Shown: positions 11,968-25,984, numbered from the stretch's first letter. The stretch: DNA of 64,000 bases from Ramazzottius varieornatus (GCA_001949185.1 BDGG01000003.1:3703158-3767157), one strand, 5' to 3'. Program-made: numbers and translations. Notes: generated by a model not told the origin, from the sequence alone.

Positions 11968-12188
11968 CGGATTCTCTCGCAAGAGGGTCAGCCGGAGAAG
12001 AAACGTAAGGAATCCGAAGTCCCAGACTGGATATTGAGATAAAACAACTTCGGCAAATCTGAGGAGTGAGGAATTCCGGATAGGAAAAACCGCGATAAGT
12101 TAATCGTGGATTCGTGATTAAGTACGTGCGCGAAGGATATCGATGATGATAAAGCACTTTTCACTCCATGACATACTGTGTAAGGCTA

Positions 12189-12357
12189 CAGTATACCAAA
12201 AAATTAACCGTCGAAAATGGGTGTTAGAAGGAGCCAGATGAAAATGGCCAACGAAATTTGCGTATACGGCGAGTCAACACCGTTATTGGTCGCAGGATAA
12301 TTAGGCTCCTGTTTAATTGTCACACCCACTATCGACGGTTAATTTTTGGGTACACTG
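12189..12357. mobile_element. Tc1/mariner-type MITE upstream of msrA
   Basis: TA|CAGTATACCAAAAAATTAACCGTCGA ... TCGACGGTTAATTTTTGGGTACACTG|TA. Confidence 0.8.
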
Positions 12358-12641
12358 TACGTGTCATGTACTTATGTCGTAATGTTATGTGTCATGCAGC
12401 TACATCCATGACATGTCCAAGAACTCTTATGCGCCGGTTCCATGTGGTGAATGCTGTTTCGGAGTGTTTCCTAGGCGGAATTTGGGTTTACTTCTGAATA
12501 TTGTTAGATGTAGAAAATCAAGAAGTCGGGGTAATAAGACAACACGACACTACTGTTATCATAAAATCAGAAGATCATTTAGAAAATGAGGCACCAAATT
12601 ACAAAAATGTTTCACAAGTCAAAAAGGGAAGCTGTCACTCA

Positions 12642-15600
12642 TCAAATTTCATCGGCTTGGCGGTACACCCACAACGCATACTGTGGTTTGGGAAGGCCGC
12701 CGATTTCACAGTCGATATGCCTCCCAACGGTATTTGTGACAAAAACACTGTTCTTTGCCGCCGTAATGACATGAGAGCCGAAGATTCCATCGCTGGCGAT
12801 GAACCGAGACTCCGGAACGCCCCAACGGTTGAGCTTCCGTCCTGTTCCCGAGCCAATGTTTGTGATCGGCATGAATCTACCAGAATAAGAACAGTCAGAA
12901 TTTTCCAACCAGTAACATCACCTTGGGCTACCTGTGACTGTTAATTTCCACAAGGAAGAGCTCATCCTTCGACAAGGAAGTAGCGTACAGGTCGTAAGAT
13001 TGGTTTGAGTGGGATGGATGGAACACCACGTCTGCGATGTGTAATGGAGTTACCACATCGAGCATATAAAACAGTCCGGTTTCCCGTATTTCCTGAATTC
13101 TAATCACGTCTGTTCCCAAATTCACCCATCGACGGCTGTCAGGGGAAATATACGTGAGCCCAGAGATACTTTGGTCCTGCTTGAGGACCGCGTTGGTGAC
13201 GTAATCAAGCACTAATTGGCCTCTTGGGGTTCCGTGGCGAATGTCCACGCAATCCACGAAAACAAAACCACCTGCCAAACAGCAACGTACATCCTCCAAC
13301 TATCTTAAGGGCAAAGATTCAAACTTTCAGTGTCAAAGTTACCGATCGTTGAATACGTGACTTTTTGGGGTCGACATCCATTGGAACCCAAGTCGACTGT
13401 TGCGATCGTTCGGATGCTTCTCATATCAATCTTGACAAGAGATTTGCCATCGCTTCCCGACGCGAAGGTGTACGGCAAGTTTTGAGCAAGTTCTTGGATT
13501 GGAGGAGGGAAGAAATCCGAGAATGTCTGATACTTTCCGTGAAGAGGCTCTAGATGGATCGCACTGTGCTCCAGCTTTTGAGAGGCATCCCGAACCAGCT
13601 GAATGGTTTTGGAGTGTGTGTCTGCGGTGCTTCTCCAACATACTATCCATACTTGGTCCAGATGAGGTACGTAGTTGAGCTTAACGGGAACATTGTCCGT
13701 ATGGACGATCTGTCGAGAACCAAATCGTACCGGTTACTGCACAGTAAAATCAGACGGAACGTGTTTGAAAGAACTGAATCGGAGGTTTATCTCCAGTGGC
13801 GCACATTAACATTGTCACTGGTCGAAAGTGTCCACTATTTGAAGAAGCGATTTTGCTCAGTCCATCTGCTCACGTCTCAAAAGCCGAAGAGCTTACCTGA
13901 ACGATGAGCATCTGTTGTAGAGACAGGACCAAGACGCGGTTCAACAACGGCTGAGAGGCGTAAATATACCTATAAGACATCGTTAGAATTGAGGCGAACA
14001 ATTTTTGAGAAAGTGCATCTGTTGGAGTGAGTACAGTACAGTACCGGTCCAGAACGTTGACTGTGGAGCCCCAGTTGCACTTCGCGAAGTTGTTCCCACA
14101 AAGCAGCTCCCGGGTCCCTGGAATAACGGATGTGCCTTCGATGTGGAACTGGATTCCGCATTGGTCGGCGTCGTAAGCAGATATTCCTTCGGCGAAGAAC
14201 ACGACGAAAAGCTTCTGAGCTGCGTGATTCGGCGAGTCATGGTCCATCACGAACAAGGAAGTCGAGTCGCTGGACCTTCCGGCTTCACTTTCAGCCACAC
14301 ACTTGTAAACTGCAGTGTCTGATTTCTGTACGTTAGATATTCGCAAATATCCAGCACCGTCTACAAAACTCGGCGTAAAAATTGCACCATGAACATCAGA
14401 ACAGACATATTTTAGACATTTCTGGAATTATCTGGGGTTTGGACAAATGAACCGAGCCACATCGTTGTCTCAAGTGGCGGACAAACTACATGCTACAGGC
14501 TGGAAGTGTGCGCCATTGGAAACGATCTGGTTCAGATCAATTTTCCTCGTCCCATTTTACTTAATGGTTTTTTACATTGTATAGTACGTACCTGTAATGT
14601 GGTTCTTCGAGTTCTTGATAGGTTCATCGTTTTTGAGCCATCTGACCGTAGGTTGCGGTACGCCGGCAGTGTGACATTTGACGCTGACATTCTGCCCTGT
14701 TCGGACGAAGCGCTCTCGATACTCGACCTCCACTTCCGGCTGGACAACCACCACGAGGTGGTGAGTCTGGTGTGCATCGGGGAATTGCTCATCAAAGCAT
14801 GAATAATTGCCAGAATGAATCAGCTGGAGATGCGTGGCATATAAAGTGCCTGTTCGGCCATTGATGTGTAAGCCCGTTTCATGGTCCCTACCATTCAGCA
14901 CAACCCGATTGCGCTCCCATGTGATGTTACCACCGGAAGTTTGGATAATATCGCAAGGAAGTTCAATACTGTTGCCGGCGATGGCTGTCCACTTGCGCGG
15001 CGGGAATGCCGGCCAAGTAGAGGGCGTTTCCCCGAGACCTACGAAAACAGGCCGTTAGTAACCTTTGGCATTCCATATCAAAACAGACCTAAGCAGAAAC
15101 CCTTAGCAAGGTAACTTCTCCAACTGGCGCACGTTTCCGAAATTATCAACTCGAAGATTGCGCTCCTTGGAAAACTTGACCATATCCTTTTTTTCCAAGT
15201 GGCGCATGCTTTCAGTCCATGAAGAACAAACGTGCGCCTTTTTGGAAAACGAGTTTCTCGAGTGAGTCCGCTAAGCTTTCGGATTTCATGGAAAAGCTTT
15301 GACATTAAAAACTACACTTGGTTCTATGCCATTAAGGATTTGTTTTACTGCATCGGTATTTTTTGTCAATTATAGCATGTTTGCCTATGGTGGAAGGATG
15401 TGCTTCCGGTGACGGGTGTGATGCGGGTTCGGTCAGGAACAGGGCGTTTTCCCAAATACTGTTTACTTTGAAAAGAGGGGCAATAGTGGGAGCGGGAAGC
15501 AGTCAATCAGTGACATGAAATGGTTCTCGCTGCTGAGGGTCGATCAAGTGTTGGCGGTGTCAGATTGATTAAGACCCTGGTGAGACTTCCTTCTTGTAAA

Positions 15601-18600
15601 TGATATGGCGTGTCTATCCAACAATATCCTTGAGTCCACAACAGAAGTTTCATGACACTTTCTTATCGTAACCACTCTCAAGTTCTTTTCCAAGTTTGAC
15701 ATTAAGAACCGCGAAATGAAGTCGATAAATCTTCGTGGCCCCCTTTTCGAACATGTACAGAATATGTGTGAGGTTTTAAGTGACACTTGCCCTCCTTACT
15801 CGTTTACCCATAAACGAACGCCAAAATTTCCTCCGGATGGACCGGATCCACGGAAAAATCAGAAAAGTTAAAAGAAAACTATGAGAATTTACACTGGGGT
15901 AAGATATGTACCGTAAGCCATGAGAAGTTCGTGAAAGTCCAGTTGGTCGTTCCCGTCCAGGTCTTCGTTACGGAGGATCTCATCAAGTCGACACGGTGAT
16001 GCGAACTCAAAGCATCTGTGACGAATATTGAGCTCTTTTTGATCAAGGACATTATCCTTGTTCCCATCCAGGATGTCCCAGATGTCTCGTAAGATCTCCC
16101 GTTGGGCAACTGGAATGAAGAAAAAATTTCAATTGGGTGTTATCTAATAGTCAAAGGAGCTGTAGAGAGCTTACTGGATGATTGAGTACCAGGGACTCCG
16201 AGGGGAAGAAACCGGTCGTAAAAGTGCAATAACAGCTTGCTCTTGAATTCCGCGTAATCGCTTACACTGCAAGCTTCCGGTAGAAAGCTCCTGGTCGATG
16301 GCGCAGTGTTTTTCGGACTCTGGGTCGCTATAGCAGAATAATTTGAAAAAATTCGACATAGATTCAATTTTTTTCGAATAAGTCCAAGACTGTCTTCAGA
16401 TATATTTCTCGCAGAACTAACATTTTGTATTTTATTTTCTTAACAGTAGGGAAAACATCAGAGACCAAAGGACAGCAAAATTACTTATTTGTTGGTCGCA
16501 ATGTTTCCCAGGGGGATCGACAATGTGGACCGGATGATCTTCAATGCAGCTTGCTCGGTGCAAAGAGCAGTGATTGTGATACCATTTCCCATCGGATCCG
16601 CAGACCTACAAAAGTCATTCCTCTTGACTGTAACAGAGCAAACAGGCCGCTTGTTGAATGTAACCGTACCCCGACAGGGATTTCATGAATTTGCTGCTTG
16701 AATAATAAGTGGGACGTTGACATACCGGGTTATAGCGTTCTGAGCATCGCTTCCGACAGACGCACTCCTCAACACCCGTTTGAATATTAATTCGACACAA
16801 TCTTCCGTGGTCACACTGCAGAATCTGACATCGTCCTAGAAGAGAGAAAAGTCAGTCATTTCCTCTTACAGATTCAAGTCACGTTTCTCAGCCGAAAGAT
16901 CAGTTCGAACATCACAGAGCCCGTCGCCCAGCTTCACTCGCAAATGACGCCATCCGTCTGTGTCAAATTTCACGTTTGTTGCCACGACCGTAGCAAAAGA
17001 CTAGCAGCTTGATGTACCGGTCTCCAAGTCTTTTGTCTTTCGGTGGATTGGTTCTATCGATTCTTGGTTCTTCTCTATGTCTGAGCCATTCTCGGAAATT
17101 CCAAAGCTCTCAAGCAGTCGGTTGTAGTCCAAGTCAAGATGCACATTACTCCTCTGCGACAGTCTGTCCGGCTCGTTTCGGGACTGTGGCCTGAGTCCAT
17201 GGTCATCCCGTTTTCGCTAAAAGACACGGACGTCAATTAGCCCATAGACATCAAATTAGGTCGCAGTAATTGACGAAGGATTGTTTGCGGCTCTCTCAAG
17301 TGCTCCATAACTTTCTGTTTGACTCAGAGCAAGATACAGTAACAGATGCAAATCATCGGTGGCCAGCGGCGATTATGCCAGTGTTTACAGTCATTCAAGT
17401 GAACCAAGCAGAAACACAAATAGCCTTCGTCCCTTTTCCGGCTTTCTCTTGTATGCGCAGATCTTCCGTCTGCCCATTCTGAAAACGCCTGCGTTAAACC
17501 CTATACTCTCGCTGCGCCATGTCGGGAAGTCCTCGGCCAACTTCCTTGTTGCTTTTCGCCTGTTTGTGGATTTTGGCTGGCTGATTGGTGGTCCAACAAA
17601 ATCTGTATATCTGCTCAAATGGTCAGCTAGCTACAGAGCCTAGTTTGGATGATAAGCTAGCTGCAAAGGGACGATACTGGACCGGAAATGAGCTGCTGAC
17701 ATAACCTCACTAGGTCGTCCTTGCTTACTTCTGATATTCTTTGCAATATTTTCAAGTTGCAAATTTGGACGAGATAGCAGTTGTTTGAATTTAGATTAGA
17801 TGGAGGAATGGAGATGGTAAAGTAGTGATTTCTAGGGCAGTTGAGCTGTGTAACCGGATGTAAATCTCATTGACTTTATCCACTTCCCCATCACTCCTAG
17901 GCACCAAAGCGCATACAGTACGGGATCATCCCCTTTTGCGCTCTCAGTACGTGTCATCCTAGTTCATTTTTTAGCTTCCACGCCGTTGTTTCATGCATAG
18001 AACAAAATGATAAGAAGTATGGTCGCATGAACCGCTTATCGTGATTTCTAAACCGTGAATCCCGACAGCAGCCACAATTTTGGACAAGCTCATCAGATTC
18101 AATACTGTACCTAGTTGCCGGTCTGCCAATTACCGCTCTTTTCTGTACGCGAGATCGGTAGCTTATCACAGCACGCCATAAAGTACTTTCACATCATGTC
18201 TGACGTATAATTGCAAGTCTACATTAAACTCTGGACTTATCATTTTACCTCTGCGTGGCTTACAGAATGAACTGCCCTAAAAGACAAAATTTAATGGCTT
18301 GCTGAAAAATTCACAGCTGTCGGGAGAACAATTCGCACAACCGTACCGTATATGGAACATCGAGGAGACGGAAACTCGTTTAGCTGCTGGGCGCATATAC
18401 AGCATAAACCATTAATGAATCGATCAGTGGCTATTTCATCCCAGAGGGTTCCTACTCGTCAGCAAGCTCGATAACCTTGTTTCGTAATTTTACAGTCAAT
18501 GTTTTTTCCTGGGTGACTGCTCTACCCGCCGGAGTCGTTTACTCTCGGCTGCACTCTTAACAGTGCGTGAAGCAGGGTAAAACACACAAAAGCTGGACGC

Positions 18601-18778
18601 GAGTGACAAGTCCGTCAGTCAGATCTTCCGAACGTATTTACATCAAGATACTATGGTGATTCTATTCTATTAAAGCAGTGAAAACTCTGTACAACGTTAC
18701 ACTAACCTGGCGTGATTCAGCGCATCCAATCTCCGACAAGATGCACAGAAGGATGATCCAGGAAGTCAGATGCGGCAT
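12642..18778 (-). CDS. Follistatin-related protein 4/5-like (signal, follistatin/Kazal, EF-hand, two Ig domains, beta-propeller)
   Basis: Signal exon 18707..18778 (MPHLTSWIILLCILSEIGCA); CDHGRLCRIN..CVCRKRCSERYNPVC (Kazal); EF-hand exon ~15913-16110; Ig domains (HSGNYSC, VKCHTAGVPQPTVRW, DTAVYKCVAES); propeller exons (YIYASQPLLNRVLV); stop at 12642. Confidence 0.85.
14434..14556. mobile_element. MITE family A copy (intronic)
   Basis: GGACAAATGAACC..CAAGTGGCGGAC..TGTGCGCCATTGGAAACGATCTGGTTCA..CGTCCC. Confidence 0.7.
15100..15270. mobile_element. Two tandem/overlapping decayed MITE family A copies (intronic)
   Basis: CAACTGGCGCACG..TGCGCTCCTTGG followed by CAAGTGGCGCATG..CGTGCGCCTTTTTGGAAAACGA. 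Confidence 0.55.
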
Positions 18779-20084
18779 TCCCGATGGTGGACAAAAGGGA
18801 AACAGCCGCTGCGTGGATGAGACAACCACTGGAGAGAAAATTACCAGGCATTAACCCACTTGTTTTTCTAAGGTCGTTGCTGGAGACTGCTTAAACACCT
18901 ACTTCCGCCTTGAAATTCCCGCGGGCGAGCCGAAAAGGAAACGTTTACCCGAGAGGATCGATTTCCAATAAAAAGATACAGGAAACTACGGGTGAAAAGA
19001 AAACCTAGTTGGACTTCCGCAATAAAAGCATCCGGATCCCGTAACAGTATCACAGACAGAAGGGCAATTAAGATCTCACGCAAACTTTCTTCTTGCCGTA
19101 AAACTCAGTTCACAAAAGTCTTCCTTTCTTCAAAGGCTAAACGCTTTCCTGGTATTATGTTTTAGTGTTGTACCTTAGGATTGCGTACCTATTACAATTC
19201 GTCCAGATTTAGGGTGAGCTTGCGAACCATCGAAGTCTGCGGAATATCCACTAGAAGAGGACAAAAAACATCATACGGAGTGAACGGCGTAGGATACTGC
19301 GGGCGAAAGTGTCCAGGCAGTTTATGGATGCAACGCACGGATACCAAGGCATGATTGCTGCCGAACGAAGGAGGATCAGTATCGGTGACATATTCCATGT
19401 GAGTGATGTGTTCGCATTAACAAGAGTTGAGCTGTAAGCACTGGGGCACAATAGCGTCCCTAAATCCTGAGAGAGGGACTTCCTGTGCCAGTCATTGGGC
19501 TGAAGTGGGAAGCGGGGCGGTCCTGTTCTCCTGTTGTCTTCCACAGCAAGGCTCTATCACGGTACTGGTCCTGCACCCCATGCGTGTTCGATTTTGCTAA
19601 ATGATTTCTGTATGCCTGGACCTGGACCAGGACCAGAAAACAAAGTTCATCTGAAATATTCTAAATTGAGCAATATCAGCCGTCGCACTTCCCGGCGTTC
19701 GCTCCTAGCTTCCGATGGAGAGAATCATTCGAGAACGTAAAAGAACCCAAAGCTGACGATGGGCGCAACTGATATCGTTCAGTGGCGCTGCCTACCGCCG
19801 TGAGACTTGGCTTGTTCGGGGTCCTTGCGACTTTACAGTCCCTCGCCGATACTTTCGCCACGGATCAGGCTGCGGCTGCATGAGCATGAGGGAGTTGTGT
19901 GTTTAGGTTAAGTGTTGGGTCAGCCGTTGAAGGTCAAAACATGCCGGGTCTATCGTATTGGACCGGTATCCTACTGCAGAAATTCCAGAGTGCCGACATA
20001 AAGCACGTAAGGTGTGGTGCGTCACTGCAAAGGAGAAAAAGGCTGAAAAGTCCATTCAGCGCCGCGAATGCTCATCTGGTACGT

Positions 20085-20205
20085 AAGCAAAATTAAGGAA
20101 TTCAGCCAGGTCGCTGTTTCAAGTGGCGCACGTTCGCATTGTCATTAGCTAGACGTTAGCGTTACTTGGGAGAATGATCTGATCCACTTCATTTGCTCAC
20201 GTTCC
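20085..20205. mobile_element. MITE family A copy
   Basis: CCAGGTCGCTGTTTCAAGTGGCGCACG ... GATCTGATCCACTTCATTTGCTCACGT. Confidence 0.65.
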
Positions 20206-21186
20206 TTCTTATGCAGCATCACTTGCATTTCCGGCGAAGTTTGTAACAGTACGAGGTATACAATATAAGCGCTTTAATCCTCATGTTCGCCCATATTACC
20301 AGTTTGGGAACGAAGAACCGAGCCTTGTCCACAAATCGAGCAGGTAGCCTCGCTCTCGGTACGTGGTGCTTCTTGTGATTCAGACCTGCAACCGATGTCA
20401 ACCATAATTTCTGGACGCGTTGCTTGCGACAATCATCAGTCTCCATTGGGGCAGATAGTTTCTCAGGGCGGAGCAGGCATCGGTGTTGAACCTGTTTCCA
20501 CCCTGCAAGAAACAAGCACACGGTCAGCAAACTTCAGGCGCGATCCGCTTGGATCACATGGTTTCTAAACAAGGATACCTACATAGTTCGCGGGATAGAC
20601 GAGGCCGAATACTCTGACAAGTCTTCAACTCACCGGTCCGCTCACCGTCTCGTCGGATCACGACATTAATTTTGTTCTTGGACGTCAAGCTCTCCGTTTT
20701 CTCCACTAGCAAGCAATTCGTAATGTCATTCAGTCCACACAGGTTTATGCGGGGATGATGTCGCTACTGTCTCGATCGTTCTGGATCTAGACGAAAACAG
20801 GATTCGTTCTGGAAGCGGATAACAAAGAGTAGTATCCTAGCTCTGTACAGATTTCCGGCCTCCCGGAATAAGAAATCGAAAACCAAAACATCATGCTATA
20901 TGGACTATGGAGACTGGAGAATGTTCTGTCATGTTATGTCAGTTATTAATAATTTGCCGCCATATGAATCTTGCTCCACACTACATGATCTGGATTTTAG
21001 TGTAATATGATTAGTACTTGAATACGCAAGTTGGCAAGCAACATTCGAACGAGAGAGATTTGTTTCGTCGTAGCGGACAGCAGTCCAGCATATTAGGTGG
21101 TTGTAATATACTCCAGAAGGGTGTCAACTCGTTTGCGTTAGGAAGGATCTTGACAGCCACCGAAAGGATAGACCAGCGGTCCAAAA

Positions 21187-22671
21187 ATGGAAGACGAGGA
21201 CGATGAAGGTTTGCAGCCTACTACCGGCTCTTTAGGGGCGGGTGTCCATCTCGATGACTTCTGGATGATGTCGCATAAACCACATCTTACGCGGGACGGT
21301 ATATACAAACGCAGTGACCAGGATGACCACGAAGCCCATGACAAAAATGAGGAAGAACTGGAAGCCGAGGAGGAGAAACGTCCCGTTCCACACCGAGTTA
21401 TCCTTCGAAGCGAGGTCGACAAATTTATCGACAATTTTTACCCGCGATCGGAACGTAAGTTAAAACTAAATTCTCCGAACAGTCTTCGTTGCACTAAGAA
21501 AGAAGTATTTTCTTTCAGTGCAGAGAAGTGAAGTCAAGGCTTTGGTGGATATGTTTTTCCAACACGCGAGAAGACCTAAAGGATACATGACGAGGACCCA
21601 GTTCAAACAGTTCGTGTTCGGGACATTCGACCTTTTCGATCCCGTTGCCTGTGAGAGAAGTGAGTTCTCTAGTCAAAACTTGCTCAGTTCCTTCTCATGA
21701 CAAACTACATTGCAGAATAATAATGGAGAATGTCCTAACAGTGTTTGCCATTTTCGACAAGGGCAAGGATGGATTCATCAACTACGAAGAATGGACTCAC
21801 GGCATGCACTGCATCCTCGTCGGTTCCATCCATGAGCAGCTCAAATGTACGCCCAAAGCATCCAATACTTTTACGGGTCGCTCACATTGATATTCTGAGG
21901 ATTACAGATTGCTTCCTGGCGTACGACATCCGAGGGAAGGGTCATCTAGAAAAAGATGACATTTACTTTTGGATGAAGCGGAGTTACTACAATCTCAACC
22001 CTATGACGGAAAGCCAGAAGCAAGAGTTCTTCGCGGATATTTATCAGTTGGTCACGGACCGGTTCGTGCAAGGTCGTGATGATCACATCAGCTTCCGCCA
22101 GTATCGAGCGGCTGTCTGCGATCATCCGGCTCTGATGCAGATCATCGGCACAGTTCTTCCAGATACTGAAGTAAGTTAACTATTCCCTCGATCGAAAACC
22201 TACATTCACCTCTTTGGACTATTACAGATGGTGTGGAAGCTCAATGATATCCTGTTTCCGCGCTTTTACCGGTCTAAGAACCTACTGCTGTTCCCACGCG
22301 GTGATGTCCCTAGAGGACGGGACATCAAGTTCGATCCGTCAAAGTACGATTGCTTAATATCTCTCAACACTTTCTGGATGGTTACATGTATGACTTTCTT
22401 AATATTGTTATGTTACAGGTTGATGAAGCGTTTTCCCGCTTGTGAGCCCTGTTACCCACCCAATTTCTACAAAGGCCCTGACGGAAAACCTGTCTCCAAG
22501 AAGTCCGTTGCGGTGACTGAAGCTCCCAATACGGTCAGAGCTAAGGCCGATTCGCGAAAGGAGAGCGATGGCGACGATGGGCGAAAGGAAACCGATGCGT
22601 CGTCAGCACCAGTACCAGAACCGGCAGGAAAAGATAAAAAAGGCGGACACTACAACCAAAATAATTTTTGA
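21187..22671 (+). CDS. Calaxin/EFCAB1-like EF-hand calcium-binding protein
   Basis: Multi-exon. TRTQFKQFVFGTFDLFD..FAIFDKGKDGFINYEEW..GSIHEQLK|YCFLAYDIRGKGHLEKDDI matches the NCS/calaxin pattern; acidic N-terminal and low-complexity C-terminal extensions. Confidence 0.75.
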
Positions 22672-22721
22672 TGAATTTTTTATTTAGTTCGTCTTGAATG
22701 ATTAGCGCAAGAGAAAATTGA

Positions 22722-24985
22722 TCAAGCATTAATTTTCTTCTTGATAAACCTATCAAACACGCTTTTCGGTCGGTCACTATTCGCAGGTACTTCCGCTTCT
22801 TCGTCTTCGTCTGCCATCGTCTCGATAAGCTTCTTCCTTTCGGCGATGGCTTGTTTGATCTGTTGTCTCTTCTTCTCTTCCCGCACTGTTTCTTTTCGTT
22901 TGGTCCAGCCCGCGGAACCACCAAGTGCTTTGTACTTGGGTGTAAACTCCACTTTGGGTACATTGACGAAGAGAGTGCGAGCTTTCTGTTCGAGGGTTTC
23001 CTGCAGGGACGGCTGATGTATCTGGCCGATCTGCGAGGGATCAAGCCCGATCAATTCAGATGGAATTTTCTCCAGGAGAGAATGGACTTCCATCTCTTGA
23101 CGTTGTCGTTTACTCTGGAAGGGATTCGTTTCGATGGCGTCAAAGTGAGCTTCACCGGAGCCAGGAATCAACAGGCTCGAGAACCCTTCGCTAAAGAACG
23201 AGACAACGGGGGAATGAAACTTTACTCGTGTTCCTTTAGCTAACTTCCCTGAGTTCATTTAGAACTCTGCATTTCCAAACTTTTTTACTTCGAATATACG
23301 TTCAATCGAATTTGTATGTACATATTACAGTACATGTAGTACTGTACCTGAATCCGCATCCAAGGACGTCTTCGTACGGGCAAAACTCCACGTGTCTCAA
23401 CCCATTCTTCACGTAATGCTGCATATACAGCTGTGGCGCTTGAGTTAGTCCAACGTCTTTGTAGACCTGGACGTTCTTGTCCATACCGATAGCCAGCAAA
23501 GCTGTCTGCGAGAAGTCCATGGATACTGGCGACTGGAAGACATCCAGCTCCTGGACAGTCTGGTACTTCCTCAGGTCCCATATCTTCACGCGCCGGTCAT
23601 TTCCAGTCGTCGCCATATACCGCCCCGACGCGTCAATGTCCAGAGCTCTAACTGCAGTATGATGCGAGAGGAATTTCACGAGTGGTTCGGGAACGTTGGG
23701 AGACCACAGGCTGACTGTTCCGTTACTGTGGCCCAAATGCATGACGGCATTGCTTGGGTTCTTCTTCATCACCGCTAGTCGGCCGTTCTTCGTATTGAAC
23801 TGGGAAACCATCTGTCCGACGGAGATGTCCAACCAGGACAAGTAACCTCTTTCACTTCCTGCAGAAAGGAGTCAAGTCAACACTCATGTGTGTCGGCGGC
23901 AACGAGCGTGAGTCAGCCATATCAAACTCGAACCGGTCGCTGACGTCATCCGGGCCGAAATTATAGGGTGGCCAATATACTCTTCATGGCCACTTCACGG
24001 CTACCTTTGAATGTGTTATCCGGATATATTCTGCAGGCATTCAAGGAGAACTAAAGTACGTTGGCTGTGTTCAAAGCTTACCGGTAGCTAACAAGAAATG
24101 GTAGGGAAGGAAGTCCATCGTCAGGACTTGGAATAGCTTCTTGATGCAGTGAAGTTCGACTCCTTTGCTGTCGTAGATGTTGACCCATTGCTTCTGACCC
24201 AGTGCCATCATCGTCTCCTGATGAAGCCACTGTCCACATGCTATGCTTTCCTGGACGTGAAACTCACACATCAGCTTCTTCGTTATCCAGTCCATGGTGG
24301 CTACATGTCCCTGTTTGCCAAATAGCATCAAATATCGACCATTGCGAGTATACTGGAATCCATACGGACCAAAGTCGTTCAGCTGTAGGTCGAAATTCTT
24401 GGCTTGACTTTGTATATCCACGGTCTTCGCTAAGTCTTTCTGCGTAACCCGGGCTGTGTCTTCTAGAGCGTCTTCCACCTCAAGGAAGCCCGATGCTTCG
24501 GCATGCAGTATTTCCGTACGTGCAGCTTGACGTTTACTGAACTGGATCTTCTTTTCGCGTTGTCGAAGAAGTTTCTTATGGAAATGCGTCCGCAATCCAT
24601 TCGCATCCAGCGCTTTTCCTCTGTTGAACTTCTTCAGCTTCTCTTTGGGAACGCCTGGCACATCGTTCAATCGTCTGTCGCGATTACGTTCTGCGGGTAC
24701 ATCGTTAATTAGATCCACTTCCGGTTCATCTTGCGGCTTTCGTCTATCAATGTGCTTCTGTTTCCGCTGAACTGTCGTAGTAGTATCATCGTCAAAAGCT
24801 ACGAAATCGGCAGTGCTATCGAATGCCTTCTTCTTACGTGTGTAGACATGGCTTTCCTTGACGGTGTGACCTACGGCATCGGATGGAGCATCGAAGTAAC
24901 GCACTGGCTTCTTGGAGACGAAGGGGCGTCTGTCTTTTCCCTGAAATGGCCGGCCATCTCGCATGTCCGTCCTCCGAGTATCCAT
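22722..24985 (-). CDS. WDR46: WD repeat protein 46 / Utp7 (SSU processome, BING4CT domain)
   Basis: complement join(24082..24985,23348..23858,22722..23190). FGPY..YTRNGR, GVELHC, FLPYHFLL, GHSNGTVSLWSP, FCPYEDVLG, LLIPGSGEAHFDAIETNPF. Confidence 0.95.
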
Positions 24986-25689
24986 ACACCTGTGAAAAAA
25001 AGCAGACACGTACAACGTTCACCGTTGTGAGTAAGCCGCTGAAGGGAAAGGGACTTCAGGAAGACGAAAAAAGTTACTAATGCAGATTATAGAAAAAATT
25101 GAATTTTTAAGGTGGAATAAATTGGAATTTGCGATATTACAGAAAGTGTTGCGCAATCTGGCTTGGGACATGATGGTCAGCCGTGAGGTACAAAAAGTGA
25201 GCCAATCAACTTCCGTTCAATCAATAGCTCAATACTGTTCAATCGACGGTTTTAAGCACTGTAGAGCTGCTGTATCTCGCCGTTTGCAAACAACGGCGTG
25301 CCAAAATAAGGACTGATGCAGCAGACGCTGCAGATAATGGGTAAACACCCATCAATACACATCGAAGGTCGGGGAATCGAGTCACGAGCTGACTTTTTAC
25401 GAACCATAAATTGCAGAAATACTCTGATCTGTATCTTGAAATTATTCTCAGATTTCAGAGCTCTAAAACATTCGAGAGATGCATCCCGGTGTAATGGCTT
25501 GCTCGTGAGAGTCCGACAGAAAGGTTTGTTCAATTGATTTTGTTCATTTATTCATTTGGTTGCATAGTGGGTGACGTAACGAACATTCGCTCCGTTTCGC
25601 TATTCGCATAACATAATCAATCAACCGCTTGAGCCTGTGTCCCACTCTCCGGCAAATGAGGTACAGTAGCTCATCAGTGGTTTTAAGTA

Positions 25690-25892
25690 CACGTACGACG
25701 AGACAAATTATGGGGCCAGTAAAAATTATGGGACCAGGCGGAAAAGACGGTGAGATGGAAATTCAAACGTAGAAAAATGTCCAAGAGTGAATTACTACGA
25801 ATTGGTTACGTATGTACGCGCTTCCGTTCCGCCGTAGCCAAAAGGACTCGTGCCATAATTTTTACTGGCCGCATAATTTCCCGTCGTGCGTG
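25690..25892. mobile_element. TA-flanked MITE in the WDR46/TBCE divergent promoter
   Basis: TA|CACGTACGACGAGACAAATTATGGGGCCAGTAAAAATTATGG ... CCATAATTTTTACTGGCCGCATAATTTCCCGTCGTGCGTG|TA. Confidence 0.8.
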
Positions 25893-25984
25893 TACGAAGT
25901 TTTCAGTTTTCACACCTTTGTTTACGTTTTCGATTTTCGAAAGCCTTCTTTGGTATCTTCGTACAACTCCAACTCAACTTCACG

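Noticed and set aside
17620-17665. CAGCTAGCT/AGCTAGCTG hairpin as a miRNA
   Set aside because: The stem is too short and no known mature miRNA was recognised.
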